A DNA stretch of 64,000 nt from Lama glama (Eukaryota), in NCBI GenBank assembly GCA_028534125.1, contig CM052817.1:108688001-108752000 (forward strand). Direction: 5' to 3'. The notes beneath the pieces were generated by a model. That model made no database searches. It saw nothing but the letters and a program-made list of their open reading frames with translations, and had not been told where the DNA came from. The position numbers and the translations under genes were made by a program. This document shows, piece by piece, positions 48,801 through 60,733 of this stretch (position 1 is the first letter of the stretch; each line of letters starts with the position of its first letter).

Positions 48801-49548
48801 CTTTTTGCCCTTAGGGTGGTCAGAGAAATGAAGAGAATATAGTCCTAAGGCAAGTCAGATTGCTAATTTTGATTTTTTATGCTTCAAATAATTCTCTCTC
48901 TCTTTTAGGTGGTAACTTTTAAGAAGTATTTGGTGAATAACCACTTCTCCTTGCTATCTTTTTATTGAATAGATTTTGTTCTAATGAAAGCATTATTGGT
49001 TTTCTTCATCTTTTATTTAATCCTTCATAAATGCAGATTTTCATGCACAATAACTATTTGTTTCAAGATATATTTGTATTCCTCTTATTTGGAAATCTTT
49101 AAACAAATAAGAATTATTCTTATATTAATGAACATTTTGCTATAATTTTCTTCTTTTTAAAATTCAATTATAGAAAAATACTCTCCAAATTACCTTACTT
49201 TTGCTCACTTGGAAAATTTAAGAAAGTTAACTCTGGAGAGTGTCTCAAGATTGCAGTGTTTCCTATTTCTTTAAATTCCAAATTTTCTGGATTTAAACAT
49301 AATGTGGAAGTGAGAGTACAAAAAAGTATTGATGCTATCAGCCTTGCCAAGATTTTTTAATTCGGTTCTACAGGAAAAAAAAAATGTAACTGAAAATAAT
49401 TGTCATTAGGAAAATAATAAACTCTTTTATGGAATGTTTGAAGACACTTAATCCTGCAGTAGCTTTTGAGATGTGTTGGAGGGAAGAAAGGAAGACCCAC
49501 CAGAAGACAAATCTGGGTGCAGCAATGGGTGCTAATCCAGGAAATTGT

Positions 49549-49567
49549 ACACACACACACACACACA
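49549..49567. repeat. (CA)n microsatellite
   Basis: AC dinucleotide run. Confidence 0.9.
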
Positions 49568-50199
49568 TAAAATGTGCTCCAAACATAACTTAGCAATATT
49601 GAAGGCATTGAAGTATGCTGAGAATTCCTACGGTACGTGTGTAAGTATGTCCAACAAACCTCTGGTCTCTATTGTTCACTGATTATAAGATTAAGTCTAA
49701 ATGGAGAAAAAAACTCTCATGTCAAAGGTTACTTTTTGCATATCTTGGTCATTATATTTTTGTATTCAGTCTTTTAGTCAGTTGTCTGACAATGATAATT
49801 ACACATGTGCATGAGGATGATACATATGTAACGAGGTCCATCTAAGTGGTTGAGACTTCTCGTGTAGTGATGCTCTGAAATCCACAAGGAGCTACTGTTC
49901 ACTCAGCAGTTTTCAGATACCACGTGCATCCAGCTACTGTGCCAAGATTTGGGTGTATAAGAGGTAATCTCAGGCTGATTCCTGTCCACCGGGAGACACA
50001 GGTAAACACAAGTATGCAACTGAGTATGTGCGTAGTCATACAAGAGGTAAAGGTGACAGAGGAAATAGCAGTGCTTGAAGAGGCTTTCCTGGGAAATGGC
50101 CATGGAGCTCACACTGGAGGCAAAGTGAGGGGCAGGGGTGGGGGCAGCGATGCGGAGACTGATTTGCTGCATCAGAAGGTGTTCACCAGTTTGGCCTCT

Positions 50200-50420
50200 T
50201 AGTTATTTGAGCTGAAAGGGAGCAGCCTGCTGTTTGGAACACGGGATTTTGCAGAGGTGAGGGTCTTTAGGACACAGTCAAGGATTGGGATTTATGGGAA
50301 ACTATTAAAATGTCTTCAGTAGAGGAGTGATGTAATCCAGTTTGTGGTCCCCTTCACTATGGAGAGAACAGAGGGTAGATGAGATTAGAAATGGGAAGAC
50401 AAATGAGCAGGCTATTAAGG
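50200..50420 (-). mobile_element. L2 fragment
   Basis: ATGGGAAACTATTAAAATG..AGAGGAGTGATGTAATCCAGTTTG..AGCAGGCTATT resembles reverse L2. Confidence 0.55.
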
Positions 50421-51049
50421 TGTTAGCTTATAAAATATTTAGTAAGGCATTTTAAATAAAATTGCCATACACTGTTTATAAATAAAAAGTAAGAATTGAA
50501 TTATGCCTAAAATATCAGATTTTCAAGTAATTTATTTTTAGGTGCCTGAAAACATATACAGCAAAGCTATTAATTCAGTTCTGATAAGTTTAAGTGTTTT
50601 TAAAAATGATGCTTATTTTAATTTCTGAAGAATTTTTTGAGGAAGCTGATTTTATTTTTGTATCATCATTTCTTTTCAGCATCAAAGCAAATACCCTGTA
50701 TGCATTTCTCACTTTCATGACTAAAGGTTAAAATATTGGATTGCTGAAGAAACTGATCTTCAACGTCTAAATTGAATGTCTTGGGAGAAAATTTACTCAG
50801 GTGTGAAACACATTAATTACAGCATTTGGTAAACTTCTCGTATGAGAACTAGAGATGAAAGTTCAGGGCTTATCTCTGTGGATTGTGACCTTGGGCTTTC
50901 ACATGTGCCTTTGTCTGCAAAACACAGAACACCTGGAAAAGCTTCCAGGTACCTCATTATGTTAATTGATACAGAAAACCTCAGTTGGCAGTCTCAAATC
51001 TACTTTCAGGACTTATGTTATTTGGATAGTTTATATGACATTGCCCCGA

Positions 51050-51600
51050 GTGGTGGTCTTCAAACTTTATTTTTGCTTGGGCATAACCATATAGGATTTT
51101 GAAAATATGACTATTCCTCTGCACACTTTTAAGTTGACCTCAAAATTTTTATATTTCTATTTAAAATGTTATATTGACATAAATTATATATATTTAAAAA
51201 TACAAAGATATGACTTCCACTGTATCATAAATATGGAGATTTTAATGTAAATCTGTTAAAGCACTTTTATAAACATATCCCATGGAACCTAAGAATCATA
51301 ATGATTTCACACTCGGCAATGTCTACTTTATAAATTGACGGAAAGCTCTTCCCTCACAGCTGGAACATTCACCATGGTCCTTTGTTTCTCCTGAAGCTGT
51401 ATTTATATTCCACTTCCTTAATGGACTTTTGTTTTAACATTATATACATGTTATGGCTGAAAATGTTTTATTATTTGCTATATCATAGTTCTCTGCCACA
51501 AAAAATAATGTATATATTTTGAAAATTGTCAGTATTTTAATAATAAGACTACATAAAATTTTAGTAATTGAATTATAGCTATTAGTAATACATACTCTTT
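51050..51600. mobile_element. Possible hAT-Charlie DNA transposon remnant
   Basis: Starts GTGGTCTTCAAACTTT (hAT-like terminus), followed by AT-rich sequence; extent uncertain. Confidence 0.3.
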
Positions 51601-51704
51601 TGATTTTTATGCACAGATGAAAAGCAATATTATAGGAAATATCTCTCTAAATGAAATTGATTAGGAGAGGTTTTATATTGCTTTGATTAAAGGAGACTTG
51701 GCTA

Positions 51705-53352
51705 ATAATAAACTCTCAGAAGAGAAATTAAGAAAACAATTCCACTTACAATTGCATCAAAAATAATAAAATACCTAAGAATAAATTTAACCAAGGAGAT
51801 GAAAGGCCTCTATTCTGAAAACTAAAATATATTAAAGGAAAAAGTGGAAAAAGACACAAATAAATGGAAAGATATCTTTCCATGTGCATGGATGTGAAGA
51901 ATTAATATTGCTAACATGTCAATACTACCAAAAACAATATACAGATTCAATTCAATTCCTATCAAAATTCCAATGGCCTTCTTCACAGAACTAGAACAAA
52001 CAATCCTAAAATTTGTGTAGAACCATAAAAGACTCTGAATAGCCAAAACAACCTTGAGAAGGAATGAAACTGGAAGCATCACACTTTCTGATTTCAAACT
52101 ATTTTACAAAGATATAGTAATTAAAACAGCATGGCACTAGCATAAAAACAGACACATAGGTCAATGGAACAGATAGAGAGCCCACAGGAGCCAAGAATAT
52201 ACAATAGGGAAAGGATAATCTCTCCGATAAATGGTGCTAGAAAATTGGACAAACACATGCAAAAGAATAAACCTGGACGACTATCTTACATCATGTACAA
52301 AATTAACTCAAAATGGATTAAAGACTTGAATGTGAGACCTGAAACTGTAATACTCCTAGAAGAAAACATAGGTGGTAATAAGCTCTTTGGCATAGGTCTT
52401 GTTGAGCATTTTTTGAATCTGACACCAATAGCAAAAGTAACACAAGCAAAACCAAACATCTAACTAAAAAGCTTTTGCACAGCAAAGGAAAGCATTAACA
52501 AAATGAAAAGCAACCCACTGGATTGGAGAAGATATTTGCAAACTCATGTATCTGATAAGGGGTTAATATCCAAGATACATAAAGAACTCAGCAACCGATT
52601 GAAAAATATGATTAAAAAATGGGCAGAAATCTCAATAGACATTTTTCCAAAGAAGACATACAGATGACCAACAGATACATGGAAAGATGTTCTACATCAC
52701 CAAACATCAGGGAAACGCAAATCAAAACCACAATGAGATATCACCTTATACCTGTCAGAATGGCTATTCTCAAAAAACAAGAAATAACAAGTGTCGGCAA
52801 GGATATGGAGAAAAGGGAGCCCTCCTACACTGTTGGTGGGGATGTAAATTGGTACAGCCTCTGTGGACGAAGTATGAAGGTTCCTCAAAAAATTAAAACT
52901 AGAACTACCTTATGATCCAGCAATCCCACTCCTGGATTTTTATCCAAGAAAATGAGAACACTAACTTGAAAAAGTATCTGTACCCCAATGTTTATTGCAA
53001 CATTATTTATAATAACCAAGATATGGAGACAACTTGTATCCATCAGTGGACAAATGGATAAAGAAGATGTAGTGTATACGTACAGTGGAATATTATTCAG
53101 CCATAAAAAACAGTGAAACCTCACCATTTGCAACAAAATTTGCTAGGTGAAATAAGTCAGAACAGAAAAGACAAATACTGTATATCTCTCTTATATGTGG
53201 AATCTATAGACAAACAAACAAATGAACAAATACCAAGCTCACAGATACAAAGAACAGACTCCTGGTTGCCATATATTGGGGGTCAGGGTGGGAGAAATGG
53301 GTGAACTGTTTTAGGGGAGCTTTTTCTTTTAGTTGAAATAAATTGAAAAAAG
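51705..53352 (+). mobile_element. 5'-truncated L1 (3' part of ORF2 + 3' UTR), decayed
   Basis: AAAATACCTAAGAATAAATTTAACCAAGGA (KYLxINLTK); peptides [16 protein letters not shown] and [49 protein letters not shown]. Confidence 0.95.
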
Positions 53353-55007
53353 ATACTTTGCTGATCCCAGTATTCCAGTTTTTCTTTTTCTTTGAAGACT
53401 TAGAAGTTGTTATACCTTTGGGGTTGCAATATCACAGCAGGTCAGATTTCAAGGCAGGCAAGTCAGGGGCTCTAAAACTGAATCCATCACCCTACCCTTC
53501 CCCCTGGGAAGTCTCTTGCCTGCAGAATTTTGTGCTTTCCAGCTATTGACTAAATGGACCATTTAATTTTCACAACTCCTCTTTTCCCTGTGTTAGTCAC
53601 AGAAAATATGATTTTCAAAACGATAATTCTTCTGATGTTAAGAGGAAAAAATACACCTGTTTTCAAGTGCAGTGATTTTAACACTTTTGGTTCCTATTTT
53701 TAGGGTTTAAAATAGATTAATGTCTTTCTCATATGAGGGAGTAGAAACATATTTTGCTTAAATGAAAAACCTGAAAATGATTAAGTTGCTTATAATGCAT
53801 GTGGAGTTATTTTGCATTTTATATTTATGCAAGAATTTTTCATATTGTATAGAGCTGTGTAGCTGTGTCCTTGGTTCCTGATTCTCTGAACAATGTTTTT
53901 AGTCTCCACCTTATTTTACTGGCCTGTATCTTCCCTTAAACTCCCACCTCTATTTACCGTTGATATAAAAACATTAATAGTAACTATCCACCTTGCAGAA
54001 ATCCTATGAACTGGCACTGATTTTTCTAAGTTCCTGAAGTACTGTATTGCTGTGGAAAGAGACTGTATTTAAACAGGGCTTATTTTTCCAACTTGTGTCT
54101 TTTTCCAAAATTCAACCTGATCAATGTGCCTTTTGAATCAGATCTCCAATAAGTTTGCTGAAATATTAAGAAAAATTTACACACTGACTGTGACTCAAAG
54201 GAGGGGAAAGTGTAGAAAGCTCATTGGCTTTTCTATGTGCACTGGTATAGAAACAACTGATGGCTATGAAGTGAGTGTGTAGAAGAAGAAATATAGAAAG
54301 TCAAATTCCAACTAATTCGGTGTACTGTGAATTTGACGTTAAAATCTTCTCTTTTTATATGGCTTTTGCTTTAGCCCATCCTTCCCAATTCCCTAATGTA
54401 AGAGTCTGTGAATAAGCAGAAAGTAAAGCAGATAATTTTTTAACTTATCTGACAATCATTCTCACCTCCTCTTGGGTTTATTGCTTTGCTGGGTAGAATA
54501 GAATAGATTTTATCAAATACATTTTTTTAAAGAATAAACTGGATTTGCAAATAAGCCTGTGAGTACTTTTACAGATGGTAGTTCTGTGAAGTTTAAAGTT
54601 AACTCTTTAGGATTTGTGGACATATGTTTATACATAGGAAACATGATAAATTTTGATAGAACTCCAATTGAAGGAAACAGAAGGCAGCCACAGAGGTAGA
54701 AGTCAAGCAAAAGACACTGCACTGTTCTCAGTGTGGTTGTTCCAATGTGTTACAAGGCAGTCATGATATGTGGCCCTAATGTTAACTGCAAATACTCTCT
54801 AACAACCTATTTCCATATAAATATAAGGAAAATGGAATCAAGTTACAGCATCAAACTCTAGCAAGACAAAGAAAGAAATAGCCTAGTGATAAGCCACTAT
54901 TAGGGAAATAGGAACTCATTTCTACTGAAGGATTTCCAGGCATTAAAGCCATTGCACAAATAAAGGTATAGATAAGAAGACTGAGGTTGCAAGTCATAAC
55001 AGACGAC

Positions 55008-55507
55008 NNNNNNNNNNNNNNNNNNNNNNNNNNNNNNNNNNNNNNNNNNNNNNNNNNNNNNNNNNNNNNNNNNNNNNNNNNNNNNNNNNNNNNNNNNNNN
55101 NNNNNNNNNNNNNNNNNNNNNNNNNNNNNNNNNNNNNNNNNNNNNNNNNNNNNNNNNNNNNNNNNNNNNNNNNNNNNNNNNNNNNNNNNNNNNNNNNNNN
55201 NNNNNNNNNNNNNNNNNNNNNNNNNNNNNNNNNNNNNNNNNNNNNNNNNNNNNNNNNNNNNNNNNNNNNNNNNNNNNNNNNNNNNNNNNNNNNNNNNNNN
55301 NNNNNNNNNNNNNNNNNNNNNNNNNNNNNNNNNNNNNNNNNNNNNNNNNNNNNNNNNNNNNNNNNNNNNNNNNNNNNNNNNNNNNNNNNNNNNNNNNNNN
55401 NNNNNNNNNNNNNNNNNNNNNNNNNNNNNNNNNNNNNNNNNNNNNNNNNNNNNNNNNNNNNNNNNNNNNNNNNNNNNNNNNNNNNNNNNNNNNNNNNNNN
55501 NNNNNNN
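55008..55507. other. Assembly gap (500 N)
   Basis: Run of exactly 500 N. Confidence 1.
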
Positions 55508-58500
55508 GATATGAGACCAGACGGAAATAATGCTCAGCAGTGTTAAGAACAAGTCTGTGCACTGACATGTTCTTCAAACAACGTAGTATTTAGATCTAAT
55601 GATATTTCCCACTTGGAAAGTAAATCACTGAATGTGCTTCCTGGCACCGTCTTCCTAGTGCCAGAACATGTCATGTTTTTTCCTTTGAAAGATCTTTCAT
55701 AAAGAGATCGGTGCCTTCAACTCAAGTTGAGCTAATCCTTACATGCTGGGTTCCTTTATTGCATACCAGAGAAAAAGAAATTCTGAGTTCCGTATTATGA
55801 AAATGAGCCCCTTCAAGTTCTCTCTTTTCTTCACCCGCCTGTCCCCTCAAACCCCACCACTTTCCTTCCCTGTCTCTGTCTCTGTCTCTCTCTTTCTTCC
55901 ATATTTCTGGACTTCAAAGAGTCATAAGCCCTCTCCTGGCTTTGTTATTCCTCTAATTTCTAAAGGACAGGGTCATATTTATAGACTGGCATCCTGCCCC
56001 TTCAACACAATAGAGCACTGTGCGTAATCGTGCCGATTTGTGTTTGAGTCTGGACATACACTAACTCAGAATAATTAGGCAGTGAGGTAAAACATAGCAA
56101 TAAACATTCTGAAGCCTTATTGCTTTTCATTAGTTGCACGGGATGACCCAGTGGTCTAGTCACAGGTAATGGGAGTTGAACACATTCCAAAGAGTCGGAG
56201 AAAGATCTCCTGATATGTGCCCTGAGAATTCACTCCCAAGAGTAACTTGAAGGATGCTTTTGCCGTTGTTCTTGTTACTGCCGTTTTCTGAGAGCCGCCC
56301 GAACAGTCAGAATGTTTTCAGTTCAGTGCCCATTATTCAAAAATAATTAACATCTTTGATGACTAACAACAGTGCAAATTGCACATTGTGAAGTAGTGGA
56401 CAACAATCCTTGTGATTTTCCACATACAACCTCAGGTGAGCATCACAGAAATCTGGTGAGGAAAAGTAAGTGCACTTCCGCAGATCAAAGAATTCAGCAG
56501 TGGCAGAAATGGAATGCCCTCTTGGGTAGATCAGCTGACCAAGTGCCTTCCAGGAGAATCTTTGGACCAAAGCCATGACCGCTCCCAAGCCACCCTCCGT
56601 CCTCATAATCCTCTGGAATAAAACATATATATAGGAATTCACTATCATGAAAGACAGTTGATTCCATTGGGAACATTAGCTTTTTTTTTTTTTTTTGAAA
56701 GTTGAGCCGAAAACATCTTCTTGAAGCCTTCATACATTCGAGTTCAAGTTTGCTTGCCTGAGAAATATTTAACTAACCTGAACTCCAAACTAGATTCTCC
56801 ACTACACTTTCAACTAATCCCAGTGTGAGCTAGATTTCAGGTTTCACCATCTTTGCTTTTGACTTTGTAGCCAAGTAGATTTGAGTCTCTTAACGTCTCT
56901 CAGCTTGAACTTCATCCTGTGACAAATGAGATATTTAGGTCAGATCAATGTTTCCCAACCCCAACTGCCCTGCACAGTCCTTGCCAGTGGTAATAAATCA
57001 ATGGGGACAAGAATAAGGAAGTGGAGGGAAAGCTGGGTGCCTGTCAAGTTAATATTTGAACTTGGCTGTAGACCAGAGGAAGACCCACTTCCTGTTCTGA
57101 ACATTGGTGATTTTGCAAACTCTACAAAAAAGCTCTGCTCTTTCAAAACTGTGCTGGTGGTTTATGTGGTATTGAGACATTTGTATTGAAAGTAAACATC
57201 TCACTATCTCAGTGATTAAAAAAGACATAATGTTGAAGACGGGTTTATTTGACTTTAAAGGGGGCAAAGTTTGAAATACGCACCTCTAACTTGAGTGAAT
57301 TTGAATGTTCTCTTTCCTTTTTGAAAACTTTTATTACTTCAAGAATGATTATTTGGGGCAATGATGAGTTTGTACCAAAAGCTTAGAAAATTACTCAACA
57401 TTAGATAACTCATGCAAGAGTCTTTGAATGTGGTGACCAACTGTACATTATTTATTCCCTTCTTATAAAATTCACATCTCAGAGAAAACTTCTTAGGGAG
57501 AGCAGCATGGCAAAGTTCCCTATATGAGCTGCTTCTTTTCTGTACATGACAGACTTCATGCTGAAGGAAATCCTCAACTATGGTATCTCTCCTCTGCAAC
57601 TTTTCTGTCCTCTGAAATTTTTCCCAAGTAGGACAAGTCACCGTGTTGATCATGCGCCTGGAGCACTCTGCACCGGCTCCTTTTATCCGGCTCCTGTGTG
57701 CGCTGGGATTGTTTGTTTTTTCCACCAGACCCACTGGAGGAATAAAGCCCTGTTTCTTTTTGTGTCTTCATCTCTGGCATATTGGCAATTTTCCACCTAT
57801 TCATTCCTCTTCCCCTGAACCAGAGAAAGTGGATATCTTGCAACACATTTCTAGATATACTATGTAGATTTTGTAAGGGATGACATAACCAAAATATGAG
57901 AAAGGGAATGCATCAGAGACTCTAAAAGCAGAAGGATGTGACTCATCAAAGGAAATTTTAAATGAATACTCTCTTTCTAAGCTGAAAACAAAGAAAAGCA
58001 AAGCTTTTTAAATTCCAGAGGTTAAAGAGCAGAGGAAGTGAACAGAGCAATCTCAATGAGGCTTTGTTGGGGGATTGGGGTGGGGGATGGCATATGCTAA
58101 AGGAAATTGTCAAGATGTCTAATTTTGCTGATCACGGTAAATATTTGTTTCATCCTTGTTGTTATTTGTTTAGTTTTTGGTTTGTTTTGTCCCACTTCCG
58201 AAGCCCCTCACTCTGGGGAGCACCTTCCTGTGGGAGCCTGGGAGGTCAGGTCCCAGCTCTGGCTGCAGGACGCTGTGCCTCTATCTTGCAGTTCCCATTT
58301 TGGACACTTGTATTGTTCTTGGCCAATCACATGTCCCCACCTGGACGTCTGAATCCAGTGGAAATGAGCCCGGAGAGGCTGCAGATGCTGCAGCATCAAC
58401 GTCTGGTTACCAAAGACAGTAGAGGAATTGGGGAAGTAACTGGACCCCTGTCACGTGCCAAAAGAGGCGTTTCTGGCAACGGTTGTATTGAAGGATCAAT

Positions 58501-59149
58501 GATCACAGCAAAGTGTCCTCCACCAGGCTGTTCACAAGGGCAGATTTTGACTGTGAGGGGTTCTGCCTATTTTTTGAACCCAGTTTCCCCACCCGCCACC
58601 AGTCTTCCTAGTAATTTAGTAAGCTACCCAATTTCCTTTCAAAATATTTATTTCAATTCACCAGAGTCTGTGATTGAATGCAAGTATGATCCTTGCTAAT
58701 TCAATCATTCTCAAAGAAATGCTGGGTAAACCCAGGTACTGTTTTATTGTCCCTGAAAGAGAAGCATTTGTATACACAGGTGATAGATTGGTAGACATCG
58801 TAGAGAAAGGACTAGAAAGATTGCATTGAACCGGCCACATCAGTGACCTAAGGCTGGCACTGCAAATCGATACTAAACAGAAGAAGGGTAGATTTCTAAA
58901 CCGTTATGACTCTTCAAAATGTTTTCTCTGTTAAAACAATTTCAACTTCTCAATATGAAGTCATAATATTTCAAAACAAAGAAATACTTACAAAATCACA
59001 GGCGAGAATGAAGATTTGACTGTCCATATTTTTAAGACAATGGGAGCACCAGGATGACTACCAAGTGGCTCCTGGGGAATCAAGTAGATCCATCTATCGA
59101 CTATAATCTTGAAAAGCAATATAGTGATATGTATTGGGTTATTATAACG

Positions 59150-59435
59150 TTCGTATTCTTGACCCAGTAATTCCACTCCTGGGAATTTGTACTGAAGAAA
59201 TAACAACGGGAAAAATGTGTATGAGAATAGTCATGGGGAGGTGGAGGCGGGTAGAGCTCAGCGGTTGAGTGTGTGGTTAGCGTGCACAGAGTCCCGGGTT
59301 CAATCCCCACTACCTCCATTCTAAAAAAAAAAAAATGGTAGGAAAAATGTTAAAAAAAAAAAAGGAATATTCATTACAGAACTCCCTAAAATTGTAGAAA
59401 GGTCGAAAACAAATTGAGTGTCCAGAAATGGGTGA
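59150..59435 (+). mobile_element. Old L1M(E/C) fragment interrupted by a SINE
   Basis: TTGACCCAGTAATTCCACTCCTGGGAATTT...; resumes GAATATTCATTACAG...GAAAACAA...GTGTCCA. Confidence 0.65.
59235..59364 (+). mobile_element. Vic-1-type SINE
   Basis: GTAGAGCTCAGCGGTTGAG..GTTAGCGTGCACAGAGTCCCGGGTTCAATCCCCACTACCTCC; TSD GAATA(G/T)TCAT at 59225-59234 and 59365-59374. Confidence 0.88.
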
Positions 59436-59469
59436 GACAGTCACCAGTACTGTTCAAAACTGTGTTCTT

Positions 59470-59736
59470 TCTCCTCTCAGGCCCATGGTAGACCTGTATT
59501 TCCCTGAGCCCCTGAAGTCAGGCAGAGCCAGGTAAATGAGGATGTGAGCCTTCCTTCCAGGCAGAAGCTTTAAACCTGCATGTGAGTCTCCCCTCCAAGT
59601 AAGATGTCCTGGAGAGAGCCTGAACCCACAATGTGAACAGCATGAGTGAAGTAAAGCTTTCTGACTGTAAACTTGCTAACATCTTGGAACTGAGTGTTAC
59701 CACAGCATAACTAGTCTACTCTGAGCAAATGAACAG
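59470..59736 (+). mobile_element. MaLR LTR (MLT1I/J-like)
   Basis: ATTTCCC..CCCCTGAAGTCAGGC..TTCCAGGCAGAAGCTTTAA..AGCATGAGTGA..TGTTACCACAGCATAACTAG. Confidence 0.7.
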
Positions 59737-60314
59737 GCTAAATCAATTATGATCTTTAATGATATGAGGGAAAGAAGCAAGATATTTACTATCTATTTGC
59801 ACTTGCAGACAAAGGCCTAAAATAGGAACAAATGAAAATAACTGGAGTATGACAGATGGAAATGTAATTTTTTTTTAAATCTTTTAAACTTCTACTGAAA
59901 ACTTAAATTTGGAAGATAACCAGTGTCCTTTTCAAAACAATTCATATAGACATTGAAATTTCTTTAAATTGATTAAATAAATATTAAACTGAACATTAAA
60001 ATAAACATTTACTTGAGAAATATTTAAAAACAAATTTTTGGATATCTGGTAAATTTTTCATATCATGATTTTAATTCATATGTTGATAACTCTGCTCCTT
60101 ACCTGAATCACTGGAGATTTCCATTATATTTTTAAGGGGACCAAGGTTGTTATATGTGTCAAACTCGTACTTTTAGAAGGATTTCACTAAGAAGACAATA
60201 ATGAACAAAAAGGTTTTATTCGTAACAGCAGCATATACAGGATCCTTAATTTGGGCACAGACAAACAAGACTTCATGGGGAGGCCTTGCACAGTGGAATC
60301 TGATAGATCAACTC

Positions 60315-60733
60315 TGTTATGAGATCTGCAGCTATTTTGCTATTTTGGGACAAGCCAAACCCACTGCAAATAACAACTTCCGCCAACTGCCTGTAAAACC
60401 CTCCCCAGACTTGAGTGAGAACTACTTGTGGGAACGTTCATCCAACAGGCTGGTCTCTTTTTCAGACACACCCCTTTCAAAACCCACCAATCAGCATTTA
60501 CCCTTCATACCTCATCTACATGAAAACCCACCAATCAGAACTTATCACTCAGCACCCCCTCATTTGCATAAGAACCCACCAATCAGCTCCTAGCCCCCAA
60601 GCATAAAACAACCAAGTCTGTATGCAGAGAGCGGGGTCCAGTCTAACTGGAGACCTGTCTGCAGGTTTCTCGAAATAAACCTGTCTCTGCTGTTGAGCTG
60701 TCTCTGATCCTTCCTTTCTCTCCGATTCTAACA
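60315..60733 (+). mobile_element. Solo LTR (probably ERV1 class)
   Basis: TGTTA...TAACA inverted termini; repeated CCAAT units; TATA-like CATAAAA at 60602; AATAAA at 60674; TSD not evident. Confidence 0.75.

Noticed and set aside
52164..52915. ORFs with reverse-transcriptase-element-like peptides
   Set aside because: Fragments of a dead L1 ORF2 with frameshifts, stops and internal deletions; not a functional or novel RT system
58064..58699. 211-aa ORF
   Set aside because: Non-ATG start, no recognisable protein similarity, no convincing exon boundaries
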